A stretch of 64,000 nucleotides of DNA from the human T2T-CHM13v2.0 reference genome, Homo sapiens, in assembly GCF_009914755.1 (NCBI RefSeq), contig NC_060926.1, one strand, 5' to 3'. Numbering within the stretch: position 1 is the stretch's first letter; each line of letters starts with the position of its first letter. Made by a program: the position numbers and the translations under genes. Of the stretch, positions 1 through 17,994 are shown one piece after another. The notes under the pieces were generated by a model. The model did no database searches, had not been told where the DNA came from, and saw only the letters and a list, made by a program, of their open reading frames with translations.

Positions 1-642
1 AGTGGCTGTTAGTTGAGTGACTCCAAAGCGGTGTGTCTGACTCCTGCTGGAGCCACACCAATATGGGCCACACAGAATTCAAAGTGGTTCAGCCAGGACC
101 CTTCCCCCACATGGCGCCTCCTTTCTTCCTCCCTCCGCTGACAAACAGCCACACCATGAATGAAGTCTTGGGGCGTTCCCTGGAAACAGCGCTTCTATCC
201 TCTTGTGAGGAAGTCAACTTGCAGTCAACGTGGAAAGAAAAGGACCCATTCATTCAGCACCCGATTACTGGCCACCTCGCTATAGACTAGGGTTACAGTT
301 AGTAATGTGAGTAAGGCATGGTGTTTGCCGCCAGAAACTCCCAGCCCAGTTGGGGGTTCAGAGCTAGAAGCACACTGCTGCACGGCTGTCCTGCACATGT
401 GGTCACAGCATGGTTAGGGAGCACCAAAGAGAGATCAGCTACCTCTTTTGGGAGAGTCAGGGGAGTCTTACCAGAGGAGAGACAACCGTGCTGGGTATTG
501 AAGAGTCAGTAGGAGTTCACTAGATCCATCAGAGTGGGCACAGAGGGGAGGGCAGGGGAAGGAAACTCACATGTAATCAGCATACTATGTGCCAGGCACC
601 TCAACGTTCTATCTCGGTAATTTTCACAGCAACCCCTTGTAA

Positions 643-996
<354 letters not shown>

Positions 997-1197
997 CCCT
1001 AAGAAGTTCTTAAAGTGTTGTACATGGAACTTGGGGGGATCCTCAAGACTCTTTGAGCAGGTCAGAAGGTCAAAACTCCTTCACAACAACACTAAGAGGC
1101 TATCTGCCTTTTTTACTGTTTGGACATTTGTACTGATGGTACAACAGCAATGGCAGCTAATGCTACTGGCACCTGATCACTAATCGAGGCCTTGGCA

Positions 1198-1485
<288 letters not shown>

Positions 1486-1991
1486 GGCCTTGGCACTAAA
1501 TTGTGCTTCTTGTTGTGTTTTTTAGATTGCATGCACTCACAGTTAAAAATAAAAAGGCAGTTTCATTTAAGAGTGTCCTTGATGAAGCAGTAAAAGGATT
1601 AGTTTGAATCCTCCTGTACATGTGTTGAGAATGTTCTGTGTGATGAAATGGGAAGTATGCATAGTGCACCTCTGCTGCACATCACAAAATGATGATTGTC
1701 TCCAGGAAAAGCACTGGAGTCACTGCTTAAGTGACAAACCGAACTAGCTGCTTTTTTTTTTTTTTTCCATGGAATACTGTTTTTACTTTAAAGAATGACT
1801 GACAAAACTATAGTTATTTGACCTGGGCATTGGGCAGATATTTTCTTAAAAATGAAAGAGTGAGCCTGCCATTTCAAGGAAAATGGCTTGAAATACCACT
1901 TGCTGCCAATCAAAAAATTTGAGCTTTTCAAGCAGAAATTGGAGTTTTAGAAAACTTTGAGAAGTAACTTCCAGCTTCCCAGTACTGAAAG

Positions 1992-2465
1992 TGTTACTCC
2001 CCCAAAACTCTGGGATTTGTTCACATGGTGAATAACAAACGACGTTCCATGAGAATGCAGGTTTTGATCAATAGGAATTTTATTACTTGTCACAAGCAGG
2101 AGCACTGGGACAAAGCAGTGTCTCCCTGAGGGAAAGTGACAGGAGGGTTTTATGGGGCAATGGAGAGGGGAGAGGGTGCAACATCGCATGTAGAGGAGGG
2201 TTCCCGGTGGCACAGATGCTGTGAGTCATGGTGCCAGCACATAGGTTGCATGTTATGGTAATGAAGCTACAGGTCTCCTGGGGTGCAGGCTTTAGCATGG
2301 TCATGAGGAAAGTTCATTGGGGTTCATCTGTAAGTTGCCGGGCTCTGTCAGGAGCTGGTTTTAGCCCACTAGATGACCGCCTACTACACAGAGCTTGAAA
2401 AAAACAGGCTGTAAGACAGAAAGCTGTAAAGCAGGCAGATTGCTCAATCTCCCTACCTGCTTACA
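1992..2465 (-). mobile_element. Solo LTR (ERVL-class, possibly LTR18-like)
   Basis: TG...CA termini; 5-bp flanks gaaag/gaagg; tttatt at ~2079 gives AATAAA on the minus strand. Confidence 0.6.
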
Positions 2466-3088
2466 GAAGGCTGATGGTGACATTAATGTATGAGTGTAAT
2501 TTTTTGGTAGGGCATTGTGAAATGTGTCAACATCTGGGAAGATCTACGTAACTGACTGAACAAAAATTTTCCAAATGACCAATGCAACTGTTACAGAATC
2601 ATACGTGGGTGAAAGATTCATTCAAACTGCAAGATAGAACAATGAATTTTAATGTAGCAGAGTACAAAATGTTCATTGATCTGGTTTCAGATTTCACATT
2701 GCAACTTACTGTTAAGAAGTTAAGAACTACTACTTGTTGAGTTTTGATGTAGTATCAAAGAAGGATATTCACAGTTATCTGAAAGTGTATTAAAATAGGC
2801 CTCCCTTTCCAACTACATATCTGGTTGGATTTTCTTCATAGACATCAATCAAAATGAGGAGTCTCAGCAGTTTGAATGCTGAGGTATTAATAGATATGAG
2901 AATCCAGCCAAGCATTAAAGAGATTTGCAAAAATCTAAAAGTGTCACTTTTCCTTTTTTGGGAAGTTATAGTTTTTTTTTTTTTTTGCTATATATGTGTC
3001 ACTTATGTTAATATTTATTGGGCTTATTGTGATTTTAAAATTACTAAATAATTATTTTTAAATGCTTCAGTTATAATTTCTAATGTAA

Positions 3089-3438
<350 letters not shown>

Positions 3439-3699
3439 CAGGCATCCTCAATAATTTTTAAGAGTGACATCCTGTGACCAAAAAGTTTGAACTGCTGCCC
3501 CAAAGAATCACAGGAAATAAGTGTTTTATAGTGGCCTGTGATTTCAAATTTCATGATTTTTTCCATGATCAGTGATTCACAGTGGGAGAGGGAGTTTGGG
3601 AGCTCCCCCCTCTCCCTGGAGGGAGGTTTATCGGAATCTCTGCGGGACTCACTACAACGAGCAAATATTTACAAGATAATTCCCTTAGAATCTCCCTGA

Positions 3700-4474
<775 letters not shown>

Positions 4475-5004
4475 CTACTGGGCTTAGTGGGGGAACCCCT
4501 CACCCTGACCTGTCGGTCCACATGGTGGGCCGCCAAGCAGAGACGGCCAAAGCTCTGTCCAAACTCCTTGTTTTGTGGATCATCCAGAGAGAGAAATGCA
4601 CTTGCCAGCCCAGTAAAGGACCAGGGGCTGCAGCACCTGCCTGTTTCTCCCAGCCTACGGCTCTTCCATGGAAATGAACTTCCTGCCCACTGCTGTAGAA
4701 CCTACCCTAGGAGGAGGGTCTCCTTGTGCGTCTCCTTTGCCACCTTTCTTTCAAGCCTCACCTGCCCACCTCACTGGGGACAGGCACTTGCCCCTTCATG
4801 CCCACTGCTCCAGAGGAAGGGCTTCTGCCGTGCATCATCTGGGGCACAGTGGGTCAGCTCTCAGCCATCAAAGTGTTAGTTCTTCTTGTCCACCTCAGAG
4901 CCATTCTGCATTCCCTCAGCCAGCCCTCCCAGCCACATAGAGCTTCCTTGGGACAGCTTGCCTCAGATGGACTCCTTCAAGGCCTTGGAGGGTGAAGTGG
5001 ATTT

Positions 5005-5290
5005 TGTTTAAATGGAAATAAAATTAACATATCATAAAATTCACCATTTGAACAATTTCCACATATATAATTTAATTGGTTTTAGGTTGCAATATTGTGC
5101 AACCATCATCATGATCTAATTCCAGAACATTTTTGTCACCTCAAGAAGAAACTCTATACCCATTAATCAATCACGTCCCCATTTCTATCTTCCCTTTCCC
5201 TTCTCTTAGCCCCTGGAAACAACTAATCTGCTTTCTGTCTCTACAGATTTGCCTATTCTGGACATTTCTTATAGATGGAATCATATAATT
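5005..5290 (-). mobile_element. Old L1 (L1M) 3' fragment
   Basis: Typical motifs gtgcaaccatcatc...ttccagaacatttt...ctttctgtctctacagatttgcctattctggacattt. Confidence 0.75.
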
Positions 5291-5334
5291 TCTGGAGATG
5301 GATGTTGTTCAAAAGAGGAATGAAATACTTTCTA

Positions 5335-5672
<338 letters not shown>

Positions 5673-5993
5673 ATAATACTACAATCAGAAAATTTATAAT
5701 TAAAAAAATTATTTAAAAAGTCAGAAATAACAATAACAAACTCATTAAGGAGAGTCAGCCTGGGTACTTTCTTTTGAAAGCATGTTTCTGATGTCCCAGA
5801 GCTGAGAGGGGGAAGTTGTGTGATTGGCATTGGGGATTCATTGCAGACTGGCGGGTTCTCAGGGAATCTGTTGATTTTGTAAGATTTCCCTTGGCGACCA
5901 AGCTGAAGCACAGGTCTCAGAAGCTGAGCCTAACTCAGCGGAAGGTGAAAGGCGGGATGTGTCTCTCCATTCTCCCTTTTGTGTCTCTTGTAG

Positions 5994-6049
5994 GGGTGAA
6001 GAAGAGAACCAAAGTCATCAAGAACAGCGTGAACCCTGTATGGAATGAG
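5994..6049 (+). CDS. DYSF: Dysferlin exon 2 (56 nt; C2A)
   Basis: tctcttgtag|GGGTGAAG...AATGAG|gtatgt; encodes (G)VKKRTKVIKNSVNPVWNE. Confidence 0.97.
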
Positions 6050-6802
6050 GTATGTGAGTTTTTCTCCTTCCTTTTCTCTCTGTCTGCTGCAGTTGTGTCT
6101 GCAGGGACAAGTTAGGGGGCTTGTGGAGGAGGTGCCTTCTCAGCAGTGTCCTTGAGGTGGGGAGGGGCTGGTGGTCCAGCCTGCCAACGAAATCCTTCTT
6201 GCTCTAGGAACCTGGGAGGAGGGTTGGTGGCCTGGCCTACTAGGTAAATGGAGGGGAGCTAGATATTTTTTGTTTCTGTTTCCCCCCAGCTCTGGCCAGC
6301 CAGGTAAAGGGTGCTCAGGGACTCTCTTGCCTGCCTGTTTCTCTCACACAGGCTGTTCCTTTTTCCTTGCTCAAAGCTCACCTTCTCCCCACAGCCCTCC
6401 CTGATGAGGCAGGTCCTCCTCTGGCTCCTGCTAGCCCCTGTCCCCTCAACCAGCTCCCTGCATACATGGCTCCCGGGTGGTCCTTTGGAAGCCCTGCTGC
6501 CTTGCATGGATGGGGTCGGATGCACAGGGGAGCCTTTGCTCTGAGGAGGGTCATGGGGGCCTAGCCAACATGGCACTAACTCGTGCTGCCTACCAGGGCC
6601 TGGCGTCTGGATGAGCCCAATAATCTTGGTCCTTGAGGATGCTTCAGGGTCACCTGGCTTTTTCCCAGCTACACTCCTGGCTTGGCTTCCTGGGGATGGG
6701 TTGAAACTGAGTTGGGAGAGGGGCCTGTGAAAGACCTCTCTCCTCTCTTCTGCTGTCTTCAGCTCATACTGTCACCTCTGAATTTCTGGAGCTGTGGTCT
6801 TC

Positions 6803-6882
6803 ATCTATCCATCCATCCATCCATCCATCCATCCATCCATCCATCCATTCATCCATGCTTCCATCCATCCATTGATCCATCT
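6803..6882. repeat. (TCCA)n tetranucleotide repeat
   Basis: Pure tcca core that degenerates at the 3' end; lies ~125 nt before exon 3. Confidence 0.93.
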
Positions 6883-6975
6883 GCCTATCCACTAGAATCA
6901 TTCATGAATGCCTATTCAGTGCCCTGGTGGCACGAAGGTGAACCAGACACAGTCTCTTCTCCTAGAGGGCCATAG

Positions 6976-7098
<123 letters not shown>

Positions 7099-8908
7099 TA
7101 AGGTGGCCAGAGGGGGATGCTCCATGGCTTGAAGGTGCAGGTAGGATTGTGGAGTATACAGACTGCAGAATCCCAGGCCCCAGGGAGCTGGGGTTTCAAT
7201 TAGCATTTATCCACCTCCTCCCATGGGACTGGCCCAGTGATAGATGTTGGGAGAATCTGGCTGTGGCTTCAGGAACTCAGCCATGGGTACAGCTGAGCTT
7301 CCAGGCTACAGGGGAGGGAAGATGGGCTGGAATCAGGTGTCCACGCATTTGCACAGACAGTGTGTGCCCCAGGGAGCAGGAAGACTCGCTTCCTGCTGCT
7401 CCAGCCCAGAGGCTCCCTGAGGTGGGCTCTCTTTCCCGGCCCAGCCCAGGCCAGTGAGGGCAGAGGCCCCCTGCAGGAGGCAGGCAGGCAGGCAAAGTGA
7501 AACTGTAGCTAGCAGGGAGCTTTCCAGGAATGCTTCATGGAAGGGGTAGGACTAGAGGTTAAGATTCGTGGTTTAGAAATCAGAACAGTAAAAATGAGTA
7601 GCCCGGCCTGGGCGCTTCCCTGTGTTGGGGTTTCTGCTGAGTTTTTCATGTACCTAGTGGTGGGTTTCTTGGTGGGGGGATCAAAGTTGTGGTGGCAAAA
7701 GCAGGCTCCCCCTAGGCAGGCGATGAATCCCTTCTCTTGCCATTGAGCCCCTGGGCCTTGTAAACGGAGGTGGTGGGGTGGACAAGTTCAACCCAACCTG
7801 CAGATGGGTGGGTCTTGGACTGGGGCTGTGGGTGGACTGGGAGACATAGCACATGAAACTGCTCATGATGAGCCTTAAGCATCAGAGTGGGAGTCCGGTT
7901 GTCCCTGCTGGGCATGAGAGGAGGCAGCTGCGTTAGATGCCAGCAGGAGTGGGTTCGTGCTTCAAGTGCCATTTACGGAGGTCTAGGCCCAAGCATCAGG
8001 GATGGGCTTGCTGTTTTGTGACCTGCTCACAGGGGAGCCTTTGTTTGGGAACTGGGTCAGTGGTGTCTGAGGCCTGAAAGCCTGGCTGTGTTGCCCTGGG
8101 GTGGGGCAGAAGGGGTTGGGGAGGATGAGAATTCAGGAACCTAGGGAAGAGCAATCAGGGTCTCCGGCTGCAAAACACCTGGAAAATTTGAAATGTTAAA
8201 AACTCAGAAAAAAACCCAATTGCCACCTTCTCTCTGTGGCTGTGCTGGCCATGGGTGCATGGTGTGGGGAGGGTGGGGCACTTTCACTGGGCCCCCAAAA
8301 GTGTGGCTGCAAGGTGTGGGGCCCAGGCCTGTGGGCCAGGGCATCTTGGGCCCGTCTCTTCCAGCTGTTGACCTCAGACATCTCCACCTGCACGGGGGAC
8401 AGGGATTGGAATCATTTCAGCTACCTTCCAACGCAGACACTGTGGAAGGCAAGGCAGCCGCTAACAAGCATGAATGGTGGACCCGCAGATCAGGGAGGGA
8501 GCAGCCCTGGACAGTGGGCAGTCCTCGAAGGCTTCCTGGAGGAGGGTCACTCAGACTGACTTGAAGGCAGGGGTAGGCTTTGAAAAGGCCAGAAGGGGAG
8601 GGTATTCCAGCGTGTGGATGTGGCGGGCAGCCAGGCTCAGGTCTCACAGGTGGGACTCAGTCTCACGGCACGTGCGGCCCTGTGAGAAGTGGGTGGTGGG
8701 GAAGAATTGAGAGGGGGGTCTCCAATGCCAGGCTGAGGAGAATAGCAGCAAAGTCACACAACTGCCACACAGCTGAGTGTCTGGCCGCATGCTGTCTTAT
8801 ATACAAGACCTTTTCCCATCAGTTAGGCACGACTATTGTAACTGTCACCGTTACAGATGGGGAAACTGAGGCTCTGAGAGATTGGGCAACTTTCTTGAAG
8901 GCTAGTGA

Positions 8909-9499
<591 letters not shown>

Positions 9500-9860
9500 T
9501 AAAATCATTATGGGTAGATAACAGTTGTATATATCTATGGGGTGCACGTGATGTTCTGACACAGGTGTAATGTATAACAATCAAGTCAGAGTAACTGGAG
9601 TATCCATCACCACAGACATTTATCATTTCTTGTGTTAGCAACATTCCAATTCTACTCTTTTAGTTGTTTTAAAATATACAATAGATTATTGTTGGCTGTA
9701 GTCACCCTATTGTGCTAGGGAATACTAGACTCATTCATTCCATCTAACTGTGTTTTTGTATCCATTGACCACCTTGCTTTATCCACCTCTCCCTGCTACC
9801 CTTCCCTGCCTCTGGATTCTACTCTATCTCCGGAAGTTCAATTTTTTAAAAATTAGTTCT
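9500..9860 (-). mobile_element. L1MA-type 3' fragment
   Basis: acagttgtatatatctatggggtgcacgtgatg...tatccatcacc...gtcaccctattgtgcta, typical of an L1MA 3' UTR. Confidence 0.75.
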
Positions 9861-10393
9861 CTGTAGGGAGATTTCTAAGACCACAAAGGCAAAATGAGAG
9901 CTGTGAACATATTTTTGACCAATTCAAGGACTAGCCCTCAGGGTAACGGTAAGTGAGGGCCACACGCAGGCTGTTCTGGCTCTGTGGAGCAGAGGTCATA
10001 TGGGGAACGGGAAGCTTCGAACCTTGGGGTCCTCCCATTGGCCCCTGTGGGTGTTCTCTAGCTCCTGGGGGCAGCTAGCTCCCTAAAAACCAGTGCCCCA
10101 TGTGAGCAGTTCACTGCAGGGCTGTGTGCCAGAAATCAGGTCCTCAAAGATCAGTTTATGGGACAGCCAATTCACCAACCTCACCCGTTTACCAGAAACA
10201 CCTTTCTTATAACATTTAAATGTAATTTTTGATTTTTCCAAACATTTATCTCAGTTTCAGATTTCTAGCAATTAAAACTTGTCTTAATTAAACTAGATTG
10301 AAATGTGCACGTACATTCATAAATACTTGAGGACTCTCAGAATATGCCAAAGCAACACTGTCATGAGAAGAAATGATAGAATTTTGGCTCCAT

Positions 10394-10630
10394 GGCTGGG
10401 CATTGTGGCTCATACCTGTAATCCCAGCACTTTGGGAGGCCGAGGGCAGCAGATCACATGAGGTCAGGAGTTCGAGACCAGCCTGGCCAAGATGGTGAAA
10501 CCCCGTCACTACTCAAAATACAAAAATTAGCTGGGCGTGGTGGCGGGCACCTGTAATCCCAGCTACTCAGGAGGCTGAGACAGGAGAATCGCTTGAACCC
10601 GGGAAGCAGAGGTTGCAGTGAGCCAAGATC
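10394..10630 (+). mobile_element. Alu (S-like), 3' end and tail missing
   Basis: Alu sequence stops at gagccaagatc with no poly-A. Confidence 0.9.
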
Positions 10631-10938
10631 ACTGGCTTTGTGCCAGGAGAACATGGGATGTGTGGCCTCCTCAGCTGTTTTCAGGCAGGTGCGATGCCTC
10701 AGGGGAGGGAGCACAGGTACCTGCAAGGTAATTCTGTCACCCCACCCCATGACCAGATGGCAAAGTACTTCCACCCTACACATGGATGTGAGAAAACAAC
10801 CAAAGACAAGCAGCAATACAAATTCCAAAAGTGTAAAAAGAAAACCATACCAGGGAGCAACAAGAATGAACGCATGACATTTTAAATTTTGAAAGAAAAG
10901 GAAAAACCTTCAGGGGATCCAGTTCAATGAGCATTTTA

Positions 10939-11098
10939 TGTATTTATTTTTGAGATGGAGTCTTGCTCTGTTGCCCAGGCTGCAGTGCAGTGGTACGATC
11001 TTGGCTCACTGCAACCTCCGCCTCCTGGGTTCAAGTGATTCTCGCATCTCGGCCTCCCAAAATGCTGGGATTACAAGCGTGAGCCACCGCGCCCAGCC
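10939..11098 (-). mobile_element. Monomer-length chimeric Alu
   Basis: Right-arm end joined directly to left-arm start; 16-bp TSD ttcaatgagcatttta. Confidence 0.88.
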
Positions 11099-12084
11099 CT
11101 TCAATGAGCATTTTAAATTGAAGACCTCCTCACTGCCCTCCAGTCCTGCCTGTTGGGTCAGGAAGCAAACAGGGACTCAAGGGTTAGGTGGCTGTGCCTT
11201 GCAACTGTCCTCAGGCCTCTCCAGTTGGTGGGTTCCAGTGAGGGTCCCCGGAGTCATCATGCAGCCACCCGTTTTGTTTGTGGGAATCCTGGGCGTGTCT
11301 TCTGTGAGCTCCCCCGCTGTCCAACCTCATCCTCTTCCAAGTGAGGGGATCACAGCCCTCTGCATCTGTTAACCCTCTCAGTCCCCCTCCACCTTGCCTC
11401 CCCTCCCTCTTCCCCACCTCCACCCTCTGGCTCTCTCTGCTTCTAGATTTCCCCTCAGGCCTCCCTCATTCTTTACAGCCTGTCACTCTGTCTCTGTGTC
11501 TCCTGCTTTGCTTCTTTTCCTTCCTGTGCCCCTCCTTTTATTCTTTCTCTCCTCCTTCTCTTGCCCCTCCTCGATCCTCACCATCCTCACCGCCACTGTC
11601 CTCTCTTTCCTATGGCTCCTGGGGCATTTGGCATTTCTGGGTTTTCCCTGATGATCACTGGCAGTTTAGGGTGATCTTGTTAAACCAGAGTGGTCTGCTG
11701 GCCCAGAGTGGGATCTGGGGAATCCTTCCATGCCTCAGGAAGGAAATCTCCATCTGGGAACTGTCTCTGGGCTGCTCAGCATGCCATTAACCCATGAGAG
11801 GGGCAGCCCTAAGCCCGAGGACCCCTGAGCCAACTTCAGGGATGGATCGACTTTATCTGGCTAAAATCAGGTTTCCAATGCACATAAAAGGAAGCTCCAC
11901 TCCTTAGGGTGGAAGACACTCAGGCAAACCTAGCGGGTGGTCCTGGGATCCTGTTCCAGGCTGCACTGGACAATTTCCTGTTTACTCGAGGCTTCTCAGA
12001 GAGAAGCTGAAGGGGAGATGATCCAGGTCCCTGACCAGCTGTTTTGACCCCTGGGATGTTCAGCCCAGAAGTTCCCAATTCAGG

Positions 12085-12610
12085 CCACACAATAGAATCA
12101 CCTGGGCAGCTTTTACACCCACTCATGCCTGAGCCTTGGCTGAGGTTCTGATTTCGTTGGTTTGGGGCAAGGTCTGTGCAGCATCACCTACTCTCCAGGT
12201 GCTGGTGTTTTCGTTGCGCAGCCTGGGCTGAGAGCCACTGATCTGGACTCTAGACCAGCACTGCCCACTAGAACTTTCTGAGATGATGGAAATGTTGTCT
12301 TTGTGTTGACTAGTGTGCCTGAGAAATTGAATCTTAAATTGTATTTAATTTTAATGACTTAGATTTAATTAATTCCACGTGGCTAGTGGCTACTGTGTTG
12401 GACAGAGCAGCTTTAGATTTTTGGAACAGTGTTTCCAACCTGGCTGCATCTAGAAATGACCTGGGAGCTTAAAAAAAAAATAAGTGTCTGAGCTCCGCAC
12501 TAAGCTGATTAAACAAGAACCTCTGGAGTGGGCTGCAGGAGTCAGCACTTTTGGAAACCACCCAGGATGGCAGGGGGGCAGTGTGCCCGCAGGGTAGAGA
12601 ACTCACTGTG
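12085..12610. mobile_element. Cluster of MER5-like and MER3-like hAT MITEs
   Basis: agaatcacctgggcagctt, agaactttctgagatgatggaaatgtt...gtggctagtggctactgtgttggacag, cagtgtttccaacctggctgc. Confidence 0.65.
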
Positions 12611-12627
12611 TTAGAGAGATGCTGGCA

Positions 12628-12928
<301 letters not shown>

Positions 12929-15269
12929 TGATGCTGGCACTTCTGAAAGGAATTGCTCTCAATTTTTCCATGGATTAGCTAAGAAATAAATAGAAATGGT
13001 CATTCTTGTAATTGTTTATGTATGTGATTATTGGCAAAATAATCACCATCAAGTAATAATGGCTGAAACTGCACATGGTAAAATTGTTACAGAACTGAAA
13101 AACAGATGGAAGAATCCTGTTGGTAACTGCAAACACTGACTTGGGAAGTTGGACTTAGTGGAAATAATTCCACAAAAGAAAACTCAAAATGGCAAGGAGC
13201 AATATTTGATAAAACTTAATGTCAACCAAAAAAAAAAATTAAAAATCTGTGAGCCAAATCTGTGTTGGGAAATTTAAGCAGGGATTAATTGTCCCCAATG
13301 AAAAGAATTTTGGTAAAATGAAAATAAAGATGGTAAAAGAGAAAAAGAAAACAGTTTAATTGCTCTGTATGCAAAACATATCAACACATTAAACTGGCTT
13401 CATTTAATTTGTTCTGGAAAAATGCCTTCTCAGTGGAAATTAATTACTGTAGGTGTTTTTTATATTTAAATGTTTGGTAAATATAAACATGGAAGCAAAA
13501 ATCTCCATGGGGTCAAAACATCCACCTGGCAAAGCACCATGGTCAAAATGATGCTCACCTTGACTGCAGTGATTCACTAACCCCAGGCCTAACCGGTCCC
13601 CAAGACAGGGGGCCCAGATGCAACAAGGAAGCATACAGAACAACCTGTTAAATGAGGAGGTCTCAAATACCACAGGCGACACCTTATATTAAGGCATTAA
13701 TCATCGTTTCTCTGAGATACAGACTTGAGTGGGCTCCCTGTGTTTTTCCTGGTCACTCTACCCTCCAGCCTGACCGTGTCCCCAGCCTCTCTGCTTTAAT
13801 CAAGTATTATAGGAGGAGGTCTAGTCAGGATTGCCTTTAAAGACGCTCTCTTAGGTGTTCACAGTGGCATTTTCTTTGGAATAGTGTGATCTACTCTGTA
13901 TCTTTTAGCGACCTGGTGACTCTGTAAAGTGGGCACTGAGGGGCCTCTCACCTGCACTCAGATGCCTTTCTGCCTTCACCCTTCCCCATGGTCTGAGCAT
14001 CAGTCATGGTGCCTGCAACTGGAGGGGACCCAGGAGACAACCTGAGAACTTTCCTGAGCCCCAATGCTCCTTCTCCTCCTTCCTCCTTCAGCTGCTCCTC
14101 CTCCCACTCCCACATTGAGCTGGATGATCTGCCCCAGTGGAATAAGCGTGGACTTTGAGAAGAGCCAGGGTCTAGCTGCAACACTCTGTGGCCTTGGGCA
14201 GATCACTACACTCCCTGAACCTTGCTTTCTTCCATTCTTAGGGAGTATCAAATCAAGGGACCTGCCACAACGGGGGTCTCCCTAAATGTTAGTTCTGCAC
14301 TGCTGCCTTGCTCTTGTTCCCCCGTGCTTCCTTCTGCTGCCCCCACCACTCAAAGTCCCACTGACCCAGCCCTCTCCCACCAAAGGCTGCTCTTAGCCAG
14401 CTGTGGGTTGAAAAAGCACCAAATCATATGAATGCATAGGTGGCAGCCTATGGCTTCATGTTTCACTCTATTTTAGGAATCGGCGGGATGCTGCTTTATA
14501 GCTCAGACTCTGCTTAGAAAAGAGAGAAGTGTTAATGGTAGGTGTCCAGCCACTGCAGTAGATTATGAGGAGATATTTTAGGAATGGTGTATCTTCTTCC
14601 TGACATAGGGCCATCTCTGAGCCTGGCCTTGGTGCCATCGGGGCGGAGGCAAGGGTGGCCTGATGCCTCCTATGTCAATGAGTTTCATTTGTTGAGGGAA
14701 TGTGGAGGTTTCCAGGAAGGGGCTGAACATGCTCTTAGTTCTTCAGGGTAGCCATGCATGGGAGACGACAGAGGCACCTGGGGAGGGGGCCTGGCCAGTT
14801 GAGGCCTGTCTCCCACACCTGGAGTATGCTGGTGGGATTGAGGGGCTCTGTACTGGGAGGGGCAGGTATTCTAATTCTCAGGCTGTCCATCAGAGCTTGC
14901 AGGGCAGGGGTGGTGGAATGAGAATGAGGGTCAGGGGCTTTGCTCAGGGACCCCACTGTCAGCAGAGTTCTATCCTGGCACTGTCTGTAACCTGGACCTC
15001 TCTGAAACCGTTTCCTCATCAGGACAATGGCAAAAGCAGTCCCTATGTTGCAAGGTTGCTGTGAAATTTAAATAATATAATGCATGTGTGTCAAATGCCT
15101 GCTCAGTGCTTGGAATACTGAAGGTGCAATATATGGGGGCTGTTGGGAGCAGGATCCATATAGATGCACTTACGTAAACCACACAAACATGTGAACACTA
15201 TGTGCATGGCCCGTATGGACACCCGGCTGTACCTGAGTGTGCACTAGCATTGCATAATATGTGCACATG

Positions 15270-16460
<1,191 letters not shown>

Positions 16461-16532
16461 CTCACCTGTCAGTTGCACTCACATGGCAACAGGCATTTAC
16501 CCAGAGGTGCACGTGTGCACACAGACCTTTAT

Positions 16533-16998
16533 TTGTTTGTTTTAAATTTTTAAGTTCAGGGTACAGGTGCAGGTTTCTTACATAGGTAAACTTGTGTCAT
16601 GGGAGTTTGTTGTACAGATTATTTCCTCACCCAGGCATTAAGCCTAGGACCCATTGGTTATTTTTCCTGATCTTCTCCCTCCTCCCACCCTCCACCCTCT
16701 GAAAGGTCCCAGTGTGTGTCCTCCTCTATGTGCCCATGTGTTCTCATCATTTAGCTCCCACTTATAAGTGAGAACATTTGGGATTTGGTTGTCTGTTCCT
16801 GGGTTAGTTTGCTAAGGATTATGGCCTCCAGCTCCATCCATGTTCCTGCAAAGGACATGATCTCATTCTTTTTCATGGCTGCATAGTATTCCAGGGTGTA
16901 TATGTATCACGTTTTCTTTATCCAGTCTATCATCGATGGGCATTTAGGTTGATTCTATGTCTTTACTATTGTGAATAGTGCTGCAATGAACATACATA
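16533..16998 (-). mobile_element. 5'-truncated L1PA (older primate subfamily) 3' end
   Basis: L1PA 3' UTR (ttagctcccacttataagtgagaacat...ggcctccagctccatccatg); perfect 16-bp TSD gcacacagacctttat at 16517-16532 and 16999-17014. Confidence 0.9.
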
Positions 16999-17994
16999 GC
17001 ACACAGACCTTTATAAAGGCAGAGTGGCGGTTTGCTGTGTTAGAAGTTGGGAAAAGGCATAGGCTTGGCCTCTGGTTTTAGCAAGCTGGTTTGCCAGCCC
17101 CCGCTTCTGGCATGCTTGGGAGGCTGTTTTGGGCAGGATTATTTACCCTTCACTGCCTCATTGTTTTCAGCGGGCCCGAAAGCATTGACCATATCCTTAT
17201 TTTCAAGGATTTTTATGACTATATTTTGCCCTGGATTCTATCCAGGACATCCCTGGCTTTCAGAATCATTTTTCTTTTGTCTTTCTCTAGACTGAAGTGG
17301 AAAACTATTTAGAGTTACCCTTGGGCAGGCCCTGGGGAATCAGATACTGGCTGGAAGGCTGCCAGAGGCCAGGGGACTCAGGGGCTCTGGAATGTCCTGC
17401 TGTTCCCTGTTTCCTGCCCCTCACTGCCTGGCACGCATAGCGGAGAGCTGGAGGGGCTCAGAGGACAGGTGTTTCCTCCCCTGTATGGCATGTGTCTCCT
17501 TCCAGGACAGGGCTCTCTCACTTTCCTGTCACCTGGCTCATTGACGCTAACCAGGGGGAGATACAGTGAGTCAGTGATGAGTTACTCGCAATACATATAT
17601 AGTTTTAATTGGCATGCGCTTTTCTTCATTTCAAAGAAAGAATGAGAAATGGATACATGGTAACCCTTCTGGAACATTTTTTTTAATTCAAATTTAAAGT
17701 TGTAAAAATAGTACAAGAACATCCATATATTCTTTACTCAGATATACTTATTCACATTTTACTCCATTAGTTTTAGTATATATGTTTTATTATACTTATT
17801 ATTATTATCTCCCTTCCTCCCCCCCCCCTTTTCTTTCTCTCGTCTCTCCCTTCTTGTTTCTCCCTCTTTCTCTTACTCCTATTTGAAGGTAAGTCATATT
17901 CATCACGGTCTTTGACTCCTAAATATTTCAGTGTATATTTCTTAAGAGTAGGGACACAGTTATCAACTTCAGTAAATTTAACACGATGCCATAC

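Noticed and set aside
14467-14477. MEF2-like ctattttag
   Set aside because: One base short of the CTA(A/T)4TAG consensus.
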